Both the position numbers and the translations under genes were made by a program. Source: Klebsormidium nitens (Eukaryota; Plantae; Klebsormidiophyceae). From it: a DNA stretch of 64,000 nucleotides. The stretch lies in the NCBI GenBank assembly GCA_000708835.1, contig DF236958.1:248001-312000 (forward strand), given 5' to 3'. A model generated the notes under the pieces. It searched no databases. It worked only from the letters and a program-made list of their open reading frames with translations, and was not told where the DNA came from. Shown piece after piece: positions 38,173 through 50,500 of the stretch (position 1 is the first letter of the stretch; each line of letters starts with the position of its first letter).

Positions 38173-40476
38173 ATCGAACTCCGGACAAAAGTCGGTCGCT
38201 ATGGGGCCACGTGGTCTTCGGCAGATGTTCCTATGTGGCAACAAGAAAGCAGCGACTCCGAAGATAATGGGGTCTTTTCTGACCGCGGTCGCTTCTGCGT
38301 AAGCCTACTAACTAGATGCGCCCTTCTTTTAGTCGTTGGCTCCGGTTTTGCCTCCCTGTCCTTGCCATTGAATGCAATCATTAGCATAGGTGGCTCTGGG
38401 ATGTACCTCGTTCAGCTTCGTCTTTCACTCCTCTTTCACCGGCCGCACGATTCATATCTCTTTTTTCTGCTTCTCCTCCTTCCATTTCTCGACAGTCCGA
38501 ATCTGAACCATCTCCCTTCATCGCTCAACCCGACGTCGTTTCACTTTTCCGTCCGCTTTACAGTGTTCGCGTGTTTGCCCTGCTTCTCTTTCCTATATGA
38601 GAATCTGCGCCGATTCCCTGCGGTAGTCAATTCGTTTCACCGAACAATTGAGAAGCCCCGTGTGTCAAGCCGACAACCTCGGTGGTGTGGAGCTCGTGGC
38701 TTCGTCGTCTCTTGTCGACTCCGCTCGTCGTCATCCAAGGTTTTTTTTCACCTTGGAGCGCAGACCCTTTACGAAATGGGGTCGCACTAGTGAGAAGACC
38801 GGCTATCATTAAGCGCTCACTCTTGTGGACCAAACCCGTGACAATTCCTCCACACTGACGGCAGATTTGCTACTATTTGAGCAGGCCGCCGAGAAGGACC
38901 TGAGGATGGTGTGTTGAGGTCTAGAGGTGAAGGCAACATTACTGACGGTTTGGTAGGCATGCGGCGGAGGCTTTTGGGGGGAGAGACGGAAGGAGGGGAG
39001 CAGTGCAGTTTGATAGAAGGCATGAGGTGGTTCGGCAGGTTGCTGAATGACGTCCGAATAAGAAGGGCGGGGAACGAGGGTGGGGGGATACTCGTTGGAG
39101 GGTCGGAAGCGGGGGTGGTAAGGTTGGGACGGAGACTGTTGGCAGAGGGAAGAGAGACAGGGAAGAGGAGATTGGTAACGGAGAGAGAGGGTCAGAGGCA
39201 CGAGAGAATGGAGGCTTTGGACTGGGGTTTTGGGGTGGGTTTGGAGTTCCTGCGGAGACGACCGGGAAGCAGAGATACGGGGTGAGGCAATTACTTACAA
39301 AAGGTCAGTGACTGGATGCGGGCATCGGGTTTACTGGAATGGGGTGGGGTGGGGCGGACAGCAATACAGGGAACGGCAGAGACACACACCGTAAGCGCAT
39401 CAGTTGCAAGAAGAGGCGGATATTCAGAGGACTCACATACGGTGGCCTGCTTGTGAAGCGGCAGCGCTTTCGGATATAAGGCATGTACAGAACAGCAGCA
39501 ATATGCCGACATGTATATTTCCATAGTGTCGCGGTAGAGGACGCCATGGTCTGTGGATTGTACAGAAAGTGTACATAATAAGTTAAGCCTCCACCTGTAA
39601 GGCAGGCCGGGCCTCTATCACTGATAGTGGGTTTCTCCACGCCTTGATCTGAGGATTGTGTGGCCGTGCTGACATATGGATGCCTTGACAAGATGGCTGG
39701 AGACCTTTCAAAGAATTTAAGGCATGAATGCAGAAACACTTTGACAGTGAGCCTCCCCAAGAAGATGGAAGACTGTAATTTGATGACAAGCAGCGATCCA
39801 CTCTGCGCGTGTGTCCCGTTGTGCTGAACATGCATGAGCCAGCACGCCCAGTCATGCATATAACACTTAGTTTCACGGCCCCCACAACCGCGGTCATCCG
39901 TGTAAGATGTGGGGCGCACAGACCAGAAACCGAAGCAATCATTGAATGCCATGAGGTCACTTTGCCTCAGCGGCAGATCCTGAGAAATTCGGGGTCACTA
40001 TATATATCATGCTGGCATGTCTACAAGTGTACACTTAAGAAGGTACGGCCCCCAATATGGTATGTCCTGTGCATCATACATGCATGTATGAACGGCGGCC
40101 TCATAGTTCAGTAATGCAGCAAACGCGGACCTCAAATCAGCGTCGTAAAATCAGCAAGTATACGGTATAAAACGATTTGACGGTTCGGTTGTTCAATATA
40201 ATTCACTCAACTAGTTGACGGACGGTGCCTAGCTCACTACACGTCCAACATGCGCATGCACTGGGCGTGATCTGCTGGCACGGTTCAATGGAAGGAATGT
40301 TGCCAGACTACATGCTGTTCGACGCTAAACGTCAAAAACTTGATAATCGGCGTTGGTTTTTACCGAAGTCAGCATGCATGATAAGAATCAGATGCGTGCA
40401 ACTGTAGTATCGATTGAAGTTGACTGAAAACAGGACTCTTGACACGATTCTCTGTACAGCATGATATTCATATTCG

Positions 40477-43400
40477 TCAATGTTTTCCTTTGTGCTTCTT
40501 AAAGCTCTTCCCGTTACTGTGCTTCCCGTTACCGTTCGCTTTTTTCAAACTGGACCCCCCCGCCCGCTCGGGGTCGTCCCCGTGCTCCTCGTACCGCCCT
40601 TTTCGCTTGCCCTTGCGGTGACCGTCCTTTTCTCGCATTTGCTGCAAGTCATACGCAATCAAGCAATCGTTAAATTGAAAATCCCACTTTTTGGTGCTGG
40701 ACATGTTCGGTAGATTGGCAAAATGACTCCAAGACCGACTTTACTTCGCAATGATTCTCTCAACGACGCTTTGGAATGAGGTTTGTATGCCACATCAGAC
40801 TAAGGGAAACCAAGACTTACGGGGATAATCACAGTAGGATTAACAGGAGGAAAGAAAGACGAGACAAAGCATAGAGAACGTGAAAGTAAGATTGCGAAAC
40901 GGAGGGCAGCAAACGTAAGGTTTCGCCTCCACCTCAAGCGCACAGTCGACTAGCCTCTCATCTCCAGCTCAAGTGCACAGAATCACAGAATGTCTCTGTT
41001 GAAAGCTGAACCAGCGTACTCAATCGTGTCAACATAGTCGGTTAGACCCATCTCAACGGACCGCAAAAGGAGACAGTCACGCATTCGGTCGGACCAAACC
41101 AGAGGGAGAAGAATCGAACAGCGGACAACAGCAGAAAACAGGAAGAAAATGACAGGTAGAACGATATTGAAACTGGTTGAGATTGCAGAGAGGTACTAGA
41201 GACCAAATCAGAAAACAGCTCACCATGGTGGCTATCCGTTGCGCCTCGCTAACTCGCTCCACCAGCAGCAAAACCTCCTCCTGTTCCGCCGGAAACTGCT
41301 CCATTTTCCGCCCGATCAGCTGCTCGATCCGCTGGAATAGCTCCACGTCATACTGCGTCACAATCGACACTGCGCGCCCGCTGCGGCCCGCCCGGGCGGT
41401 CCTCCCCACTCGATGGATGTAGTCCTGCAAGCGGAGTGTGAATGGGCCCGGTCAGCTTGGAACGCGAATATCAACAAGTTCGATCGGTCACCTAGTAACG
41501 GTGAGTACAAAATTGAAAGGAGTGAAAACCTTGCCAATGCAGGCGCGGAGTATGAACGGGCCCCCTTAGGTCTAATGTAGGAAAGTGGGTCACCAGCTTG
41601 AAGATTGTGCTTCGCGTGCTTGTGAAAGTGTCTGATTGGCTTGGTGGAAAACTGGTGTGGCACGATTGTAACGGCCCAACATGCAGAGCCAAACAGGCAA
41701 GTAGCAAGGGTAGAGAGAAAGGAGAATCTAACACAAAGCTTCCCCGAAGTGATACTGATTGTACTATCCGCTCTTCTGCTCTTGGAAAAACGGGGTCAGT
41801 ACTGTCGAAACGGTGTGAAATCTGCCAACGGAGCGTCGTCGGCATGCGAAATGTCATGGAACACAAACGAAGAGATCTTACCTTTGAATTCGTAGGTATA
41901 TCGTAGTTGACAACTAGATCGACGGACGGGATATCGAGGCCTCTACTGGCCACGTCCGTTGCTATCAAAATATTTCGCTCGCCCGCCTTGAACTTATTGA
42001 GTGCGCCTAAACGTTTTGGCTGCAGACAGAGCAGGACAAACGAGTCAGCGTTTTGAATGCTTGAGCTGGGTAGGAAGATCAAGAGCGGGAGCATAACGAT
42101 TCTGAATAACATCCGGGTTGACATTACCTAGATGCCCGATCCCATGAACTCCGTCTCGCCAGAGAGGCAACATCTCAGCCGCCAGAGAACTTTGAAAAGG
42201 ATTGGTGCTTTTTTACGCACCTGATTACGCCGCCGAACATAATCTCAAGCGATCGCCCAGCTAGAGTGAAACAGTTTTCACTACTCACAATTCACCAGCC
42301 GTCCAGCTATCAACAAGTCCTTGCTTCAAATATCACAAGCGTAGAAAGACCCAAGCGCTTACGTGCCCAGAAGCACTGAGCATTAACGTCTGACCTTCTT
42401 CCGGGAACACGAAGGAACTTGCTTACTTGGCTCATCTGCCCGCTAATGGGTATGGCTTCCAGCCCCAGGTTCCGCAGCACCGTGGCCAGCCGCCGCGTCG
42501 AGTCGCACGTCCGTGTGAACACCATGCACGTCGCGCCGGCCAGCTCGTTCATCAAAAAGACAAGGTAGCAGTCCTGCGTAGAAAAAACGGTAACTCCTTT
42601 GTAAACTTCCCTGCTCTAGCTGTTGTCGACGAGTTTTCAAATGCATGCCACTGCGTGATTTGCGTTTCTTCTGACCTGACGAATGTACCTGTCACCGTAC
42701 CGTCAACCTCTTTCCTCGTCAAAGCTGCAACGAATTCAGTGGCAAAACGAAGACCGAACACTGCCTACACCTGCAGTGAATATCGCCTCGCCCAGCTTTT
42801 CCTCTTTGCTTGTAGAAAGCACAACACAGATATGCACCAACAGACGTGGACTTCGAGCCCATGCCGGCAAAGAGTCGACAGCTTCTCGCATCCTCACCTT
42901 GAACTTCGCCGGCACGAACATGTACTGCTGCCGCAGCGTGTCCACTGTCGAGTACTTGTTCGAGACCTCCACCTTGACTGGATTCCGCAGGCACGCGCGC
43001 TGCAGCTTGGCGACTTTGTTCGTCATTGTTGCCGAGAAAAGGAACGTGCGGCGCTCCTTAGGAATTACTTTCAGAATCTGGTCGATCTCCTGCTCAAAGT
43101 CCATGTTAAGCAGCCGGTCGGCTTCGTCCAAGACCTGCAAAGAGGTCAACGATTCGTATTTCAAATTCGATTATTCCGAGGAGCTCGACCGTCTACTTCC
43201 TTTTTTGATTGAGGCCACGTTACGAAGCCGGTCTGTCCCGTCCAAGAGCTGCATACATCAGCGAAACGCCCTGCTTTCCTGAACGCGAGCACTGGAGAAG
43301 CCTGGATACTCACTGGAAAGCATTCTGTGATCTACTTGCAGTCACATTCAGCCGGTCTGCCCCGTCTGAACTTCACAAAGGACGAGACCAACGGTTCAAT

Positions 43401-45610
43401 GCTCCATGATGCTAAAGACACTGTCAGGACTGACCTGAGAAGTATTTTCCGACTAGAGTCAATGCACAGGTCGATGGGTGCCTTCCATCTCACAACAAGG
43501 AGTTGCAAGACTAGTCTTGATTGTAAGTGTCACTCAATACGAGTAAACCCTGCTTTCCAGATCTCCTTCAAACTTTGGATTCCAGCTCGGATGCCCTTGC
43601 CCTTGTTCCATTGCAATAGAAGACTTTGCCCCCTATGATGCTAGTTGCCCCGTTGCTTTCACCAAAGCAACTCAACATCGACACCGTCCAAAGCCTTCTT
43701 TGCTCATCGCTCTCTTTCTCCCTCATCATTACCTCAAAGATGGTCCTACCAACCCAACCAGCATACCACTATTCGTACTTCGGGCTGCGACCAAAGAGGA
43801 GCAGTGAATGTAACCACAACATACAGACGCGGGCAAGAGTGAGAGGAATGAGCGTACCAGGTATTTGATTGTTCGTAAGCTGAAGCCCTTGGTGTTTGAG
43901 AGATGATCCACTAACCGCCCCGGCGTGCCGACCACAATGTGCGGCCGCTTCGCCAAGGCGATCGCTTGCGCCATCATATCCACACCCCCAACCACCTGGA
44001 ACAGGAATTGATCAGATGCAACCTCGTTAAAAACCGAACCTTGGAAAATGGTCCCGACATTGCAAGGATCTGAAACATCATGCAACTTGCAAGACCTAGT
44101 TTCATAAGCGTCAACACAGTGATCTTCCCATATGCTTCCGTGAAGTTATCCCACCTGTAAGTCTTCCGTTTTCCTGGCCATTGATCACACAAAGCTTACT
44201 TCACGGCTTACGACGACCTGTGAAACTTAGCTTGCGCCCTACTGTACCCTTTCTTTAAAAGGTGGAGGGCAGGTGCAACTAGATCTGGTTGTAGTAGTAG
44301 GACACTGGCGCTCCCCCAAGCGCACACTTACCACTGCACATTTCACGCCAATGCCCGCCCCAAGCGCCTCAAATTGCTCTGCTATCTGAATGGCCAGTTC
44401 TCTGCAATAAAAAAGAAGGGAGTAAGCCCACAGGTGCAAACGGTCGGTTGCCAGCTACTTTGACACAGGATGTTAAAAGGTGCTTTTTGAAACGGAGCCC
44501 AGGTCGACCCCTGAGCTCCTCATGCTGAAGCGATTTTAAACACGTGTCCACCGTGGAGCCCAAATGCTGCAACAGAACTGCACACTTTGAGGGGGCCTAA
44601 CCATGGCCCCAATCATCGAAGCGAACAAATAGGTATGAAGAAATTGAAGCTCTCCCTTTCATCGTGACCTATACGGCCATCTCACACAGGGGGAACATGC
44701 CCATACAATCAAGAAAGCCATCCTTTAGTATCCCTTGAAAAGCCTGGCACGATCTGGCAAGCAGTCGAGCAAACCCTAAAATTGCAGAACCCTAAAACCG
44801 CCACACCTGGTCGGAGAGAGCACACACGCGAAGAGCGGGTGCGGCTTGTCCAGGAGAGCTTGCAGAATAGGGAGAGCGAAGGCCGCCGTCTTCCCGGACC
44901 CCGTTTGCGCCAGCCCAATGACATCACTCCCTGTAATCAGCGCCACAAAGGAGCGTTGACCAGAGACCAGGACGCCATTCTACCTCTTCAGTTGCTCATA
45001 ACAACCAGTACCTTCAAGATTTTTGAGTACATGATTGGGTGGCAAAAGTCCGCGTGCGCCTTATGTATGATGTCTGAAGACACGAGGTCTTTGGCCGCCA
45101 CGGAACTTGATGATGTCAGAAAGTCAGTAAGAGGAAAGGGCAAGAAAGTTGAGACCTCAGACATTTCGAGCAGCTCAATGCTGCATACTGGAGAGAGTGG
45201 CAAACCATTACCACTTTGCGTTGTCTGCCCCAGGGCCAAGAGCAGAAGGCACTGTCATGTCCTAAAAATTCCCTCCAAAAGCTCTGAAATACTCATGGCA
45301 CAATAAGCCCACTCCGCGACGCCTATGCAGATATTTTTTAACAGGTCAACACTATGTGCCATTTTCAAGCCCAAAGACTAATTTACCGAGTCCGCTAGCC
45401 ATCATGTTATATTAAAGCTAACCCTGACCCTGGCCCACCTTGCAGGGCGTGAGGTACTGCTTGAATCTGGATTGCCGATGGCGACTTCCATCCCAAGGAG
45501 ACCGCTGCTTCGGCGAGCTGCGAGCACACGCCCAGGTTTTGAAAAGCCTCGAGGGGCGTCTTTGCTTCCGTTGCCTCCGCCTCAGGCTCCGATGTCTTCT
45601 CTGCCGCCAT
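40477..45610 (-). CDS. DDX47: DEAD-box RNA helicase DDX47/Rrp3/RH10 (18S rRNA biogenesis)
   Basis: Exons 45610-45439, 44930-44807, 44401-44332, 43995-43858, 43134-42898, 42573-42427, 42019-41882, 41424-41224, 40641-40477. Motifs [41 protein letters not shown] and [13 protein letters not shown], plus a basic C-terminal tail. Confidence 0.95.
44771..44797. promoter_or_regulatory. Two telo-box-like motifs in intron 2 of DDX47
   Basis: AAACCCTAAAA (44771-44781) and GAACCCTAAAA (44787-44797). Confidence 0.45.
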
Positions 45611-47548
45611 ACTCACAGCGGGAGGCAACACGCAACCTCAAAATAAGCGCCCCGAAGTGGAGGGGGAGATACCTACTAGAAAGCAATCTTCCACAGAAGC
45701 CTGAGCGCAATATGGTAACGGTTTGCGGCTGGTGTACTAGTCAATGACTTGGGACAAGTTGCCAGGCTGGCAAAATCTTCCGGAGTCCAGGCCAGTAACC
45801 AGTTCATAGCCGTGCGATCTGGTTCAAGAAGGAATCTTACGGCCAGAGTTCGAAATTAATCTGGTGGATCTAGAAACTGGTGTATGACTTCAGAGCAGTC
45901 ATTGGTGTTAGGCATCACGAATGAGGTTGACACGTGGACCCCGTGGGCTCGCTTTTATTCCTCTACAGGTCAAGGCTCTGTGCAGTGAGCACGGTAGCTT
46001 TTACCGTGACTACCATGCATAGACTGTGACTGTGACCAAGAAGCGCGGAAATAGGTGTTTACGTTAGCGGTGTGAATTTGCGTGACAAAGGGGTGGTATG
46101 TTGCTCACTGCACTGCGAGAGGCTTTTAACATTTTCTGTTTGTGACCAAGGTGTGAAAGCCGGTGCATGCGGCTGTGTCTTGGTTTGATGGAAGGATCAT
46201 CGCGACTGGCTGGTGCTTATTACCACCTCAGCTAATCATTTGCCTGCCTATTTGATGACCTGCCCCACGTGTACATGCCGAAAGGCTCTTCCTGGAAGTT
46301 TTGCGTGGAGCTGGGGTACAATTTCTCAAGAACTGCGGTTAAACGAATTGGGTTTCTCTTGACCAGCTACTAACTGCAGCTTGCAGAGCATGTGATTTCT
46401 GCCGTCCATATTTGAAATCTGACGGTTTGTGAGCGTTGTGCATTGCGACCCACAAAGCTCTCCGACTTTTTCAGAGTACAAAAGCGCGATTTGGAGCCCC
46501 CTCAAAAGCGTGCAGTGGCGTATGCCATGTACCCAGGTAGGGGGTTTGCGGGCGATTTCAAAGTTACCTTTGAGCTTTGTAAGGTCGACTGGAAAGTTGA
46601 AATGTGTCGCCAGGAATCGAACTGTAATGCTAAACCGGTAAGGGTGACTGCGTTACACTTTACAAATCCGCGAGTTCGTAACGCCAGTTGATCGGGTATA
46701 TTTAGCGTTACCAGAATTTCGAAGACTATCTTCTACTATACATACACTATACACTATACATACACTTTTGGATACCTAATATCATAGAGAATACCAGAGC
46801 AGACCAGAGGCCCGGGCCCCGAGGGCCGACGCCCGTCCTCTGCGAGATTCACATCCTGACGTCATTCAATAATTGCAGCCTTGGATCGTGCGCGGCGCGC
46901 CGCAGCCAGAGTCACGGGGCTGCAGCCTGCAGGATACCTACCCACGTTTTCTCTGTGAACGTGTGATTCAAGCGAGTGTACAGAAGTGTAGGGAGGTAGC
47001 TGGTGCTGCACCAGCTAGGCACCGGAGGAGCTGGCCCCAAAGAAGTGCCTACTATGTGCTTTAATTGAAACCCTTGAGTGTAAGACGATTATATTGGTGT
47101 GAGTGCCCGTTTCCACTTTCTGAAACGCATATATTAGGCTCGTTGCGACCTGAGTACAGTCCATTTTGAGACCGATCAAGTACATACCTTCTTTGCATGG
47201 ACCTGAAATAGGTACACTCATGTCGTCACTCAGAGAGGCAGTAGGATGAGACGCCAATCTCGATTTTCAGAGGATCCATCATCCGAGTCTTCACTTCAAG
47301 TTCAAGGCTTTGCAGATTGCGAGTGAGGGAGTATCCTACCGTACCTGGAAAACATTCTTGCGCTCAGGTTGCGCTCAGTCACTAGCTTCATTCTGTCCGC
47401 TCATCACAAGGAATGTTCGTAGATCTGGCAGTTCCACAGTTTTTCTACAGTTCTGCTGCGGCAGCTTACCTATCCTGAGAATCCTCGAGTAAGCCTTTCC
47501 CAGACAGTGGCACTTCCTGTGCTGAATCTGTGAATCGCAGGCACCGCC

Positions 47549-50500
47549 ATGGCTTCTCGTGTGCAGGGTCGTCCATTACATTCGACTGGCTTTCTCCTTG
47601 CGCTAATGGCGCTGACGTCGGTGCTTCGGTGTGAGGCTCAGTTTGGTCCAAATGGCACTTTCAGCCAAGGCGGTACCACCAAGACTTACCCCGTGGCAGG
47701 ACCATTTGGTAAGCGCTTCTTTCACTGGCAGATCTCATCATTTTCCTGAAGTTGTAGAAACGCTCAGAATGTTTTCAGTGATCGATTGCTGATCTAGCTC
47801 CTCTTTGCTGATTACCTCAGATTGCTTTCCTAAAGGGCAGATTCCTGGCAGTGCTGATCCCAATTGCAGAGTTCCAGAGCTGGATGTGAGCTGAGTCGTG
47901 CTTCTGTGAAAGGTCAATGCTGATATTCCGCAAGGCAAGATAAAGAGATTCCATGTTGAAGTTCGAGCGGTTTGGTTGCCTCAGGTTCCAGAGGGATACA
48001 AGCAAGTTGGAAAGTCTTCAGCTCAGTGTTAAACATTAACATGCTCACTTGTCACGAGTCTAAGATTGTAGTGCATTCTGATCCTCATACTGAACTCCTT
48101 CTGATAACATTCAATCGCTGTCAACCCCAGTGTCACATCCCCGTAGCTCCTCCAACCAGCTCAAGCAAACTGACTGGAGACTTACTTTGCCAGAGACAAG
48201 AACCTTTGCTGGGAAAACTCCCTTTCCTTGCCCAACAGTCACTGCTATTCCTTCTGACTTGCCCCTCTCCTCCCTTCCCAGGCTTTGTGGACTCCCTTTC
48301 GTCCAACTACACAGCCATCAAGGTGGATCAGTCCTATGCCCGCACGCTTTGCCGTACGGGGACGCCCGCATACCCCGTTGTGGAGGCAACCATTGCAGGT
48401 GTCCATCAGGTGAGCTAAACATGTCCCCCCGGAACCATAGCGGGGAGTCGTAGTGTAGGGCACAAAGTCCCCAGAAGCAGATCAGGGCCCGCAGTTGACA
48501 GGTTGAACTCGCTGCGGCATTTTAGCAAGGGAAAGGTACAGTAATTTTACGAGATTGTCAGATCTGGTTTGGTTGGGGTCCAGGGTGGAAGCCTTACGCT
48601 CAAATTTTTGGGCTTAAAGGTGCAGGTCTGCCATTTCGACTATGGCGGAGCATGCGCGCTAGGTCTTACAGAATTGGGAGGACTCTCTGGTCAGAGGAGT
48701 CACAAAAGTCCAGTGGATGTTAGTCGCACATCCAATGTGAAGATTCTATATTGGACCACTCAAGACATTCCGTGTACATGGTAGAGACTTCTAGAAAGTT
48801 GATCAAATGAGTCTCATTGCAGTGCACTTCCCTTCGATTTGTCAACAGCAAGGCAGCTCAACAACCTGCTTTTTGCTCCAGAGTGTAAGCCAGGATTCGA
48901 TGTAAGTCGATCGATTGCAGATTCTGTGTCGGATGTAACCGCACTGCAAGAGAGTCTGGTCCTATACCGCGAGCTAGTCAGGAATGTTCATGCCATTGCT
49001 CTTCCTTCTCGCAGGCGATGCTTGCAGGTAATCTGACCTGCTCGCAGCTAGTGGCAGCATACAAGCAGGTAAGAAATGGATCGATGAAGACAAGTAGCTT
49101 CAATTTCTGATAGCGCGTATGTTCACTCAATACATGGTGAATGGCCCGATGCAGGCAAACCTCGTCTTGTATTTTTGGGCGCCCAATTAGGATAGATAGG
49201 AGAGAACGAGACAAAGGACCGGATTTTGCGGTGTTCGGTAGCTGCCCTACGTGAAGCGGTAGGAAGGATGATCAGACATTAAAAGGATTTGGGCTGTTTT
49301 CTGTCCACAAATTTTTCCGACGTTGAAGAAATCGCGCTTTAGAGGTTCACCACAACGATACTCCACAAACGCGAAATCGCTGACCATTCCCTCCCAACCG
49401 CACGCGATCCCGACACCATCACAAAGAAAAAACGCAATCTGCTGACACTTTCTCGTTTCTACTCCTCTTTCATCTCATTATTAGCCTGGACGTTGAGACG
49501 TTCCACTTCCGGTCTTAAGTTCTTGACACCGTCCCCTCCTTCCCCAGCGCATCGAGTTCTACGACCAGAGCAGTGGTGTCAACTCCATCCGGGTGCTCGC
49601 ACCTGACCTTGACTCAGTGACCGCTGCCAAAGACGCCCAACTGGCAGCGGTCCTAGCGTCTGGAAACATGACGCTTCCGGACCTGTTCTGTGTTCCGCTG
49701 CTGATCAAGGACAACTACGACACAATCGGGATTGCAACAGCAAACGGCGCAGTGGCACTGCTGGACAACTTCCCGACGCAGGATGCGACTATTGTGAGTT
49801 CTTCTGATGAGCCGTTCTTTCGTTTCAGCCGCCAGCCGGTTGCGGTCTTGCAGATCTATACAGTAAGAGTAGGCGCTCTTACTTCAAACGTTGCCTTTTG
49901 AGTTCAGATTGGATCGGATTGCAATATTCTGATGTTTTATGCCTTCTTCTTTCAAGCCTTCCACTTCGATCCTCCCCGTAGTATCGGTATTGCCCAGAAC
50001 CGGTCCGCCCTCTGCAGAGCGTCGTCTTAGGCTCAACCTCGTGCCTGGTCCCAAAAGCCCAAAGAACACTTGCACAGCGGCAAAACCTGGTAAAATTTTG
50101 ATAGCGAAACTCTGTCATATGTTCGCAGGTCGCGCAGCTGAAGGCCGCCGGCGCACTGGTGCTGGCCAAGGCCAACATGGCTGAGTGGGCTTACACGAAC
50201 GCCGTTTCCATCGGCTCTGTCTTCGGCATTGTCCGCAATCCGTACGATCTGGACCGCGTCACGGCTGGTGAGGCGCAATCTCGCCCGTCCGATCTAGCTT
50301 CAAGGAACGGGTCTCATCTGAACTTAGTATGTGCAGCTGGCGGCTCCTAGATTGTCTGGAGGACCACGAATTCGACTCATCTACGAATACTCTATGCTTC
50401 GGTTGACGCTTCCATCTTCAGGGTTTCGGCAGACTCGCTCTCACTCTAGCCAGCCTGAAGAGAATTCATCGTGATTCTTTCTGTGCGTTGGGAATAGCAA

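Noticed and set aside
42427-43282. 261-aa and 199-aa plus-strand ORFs
   Set aside because: Antisense to DDX47 exons, with no recognisable motifs.
46733-46850. TATACA microsatellite-like run followed by a GC-rich hairpin
   Set aside because: No TIR, TSD or Helitron CTRR end could be established.
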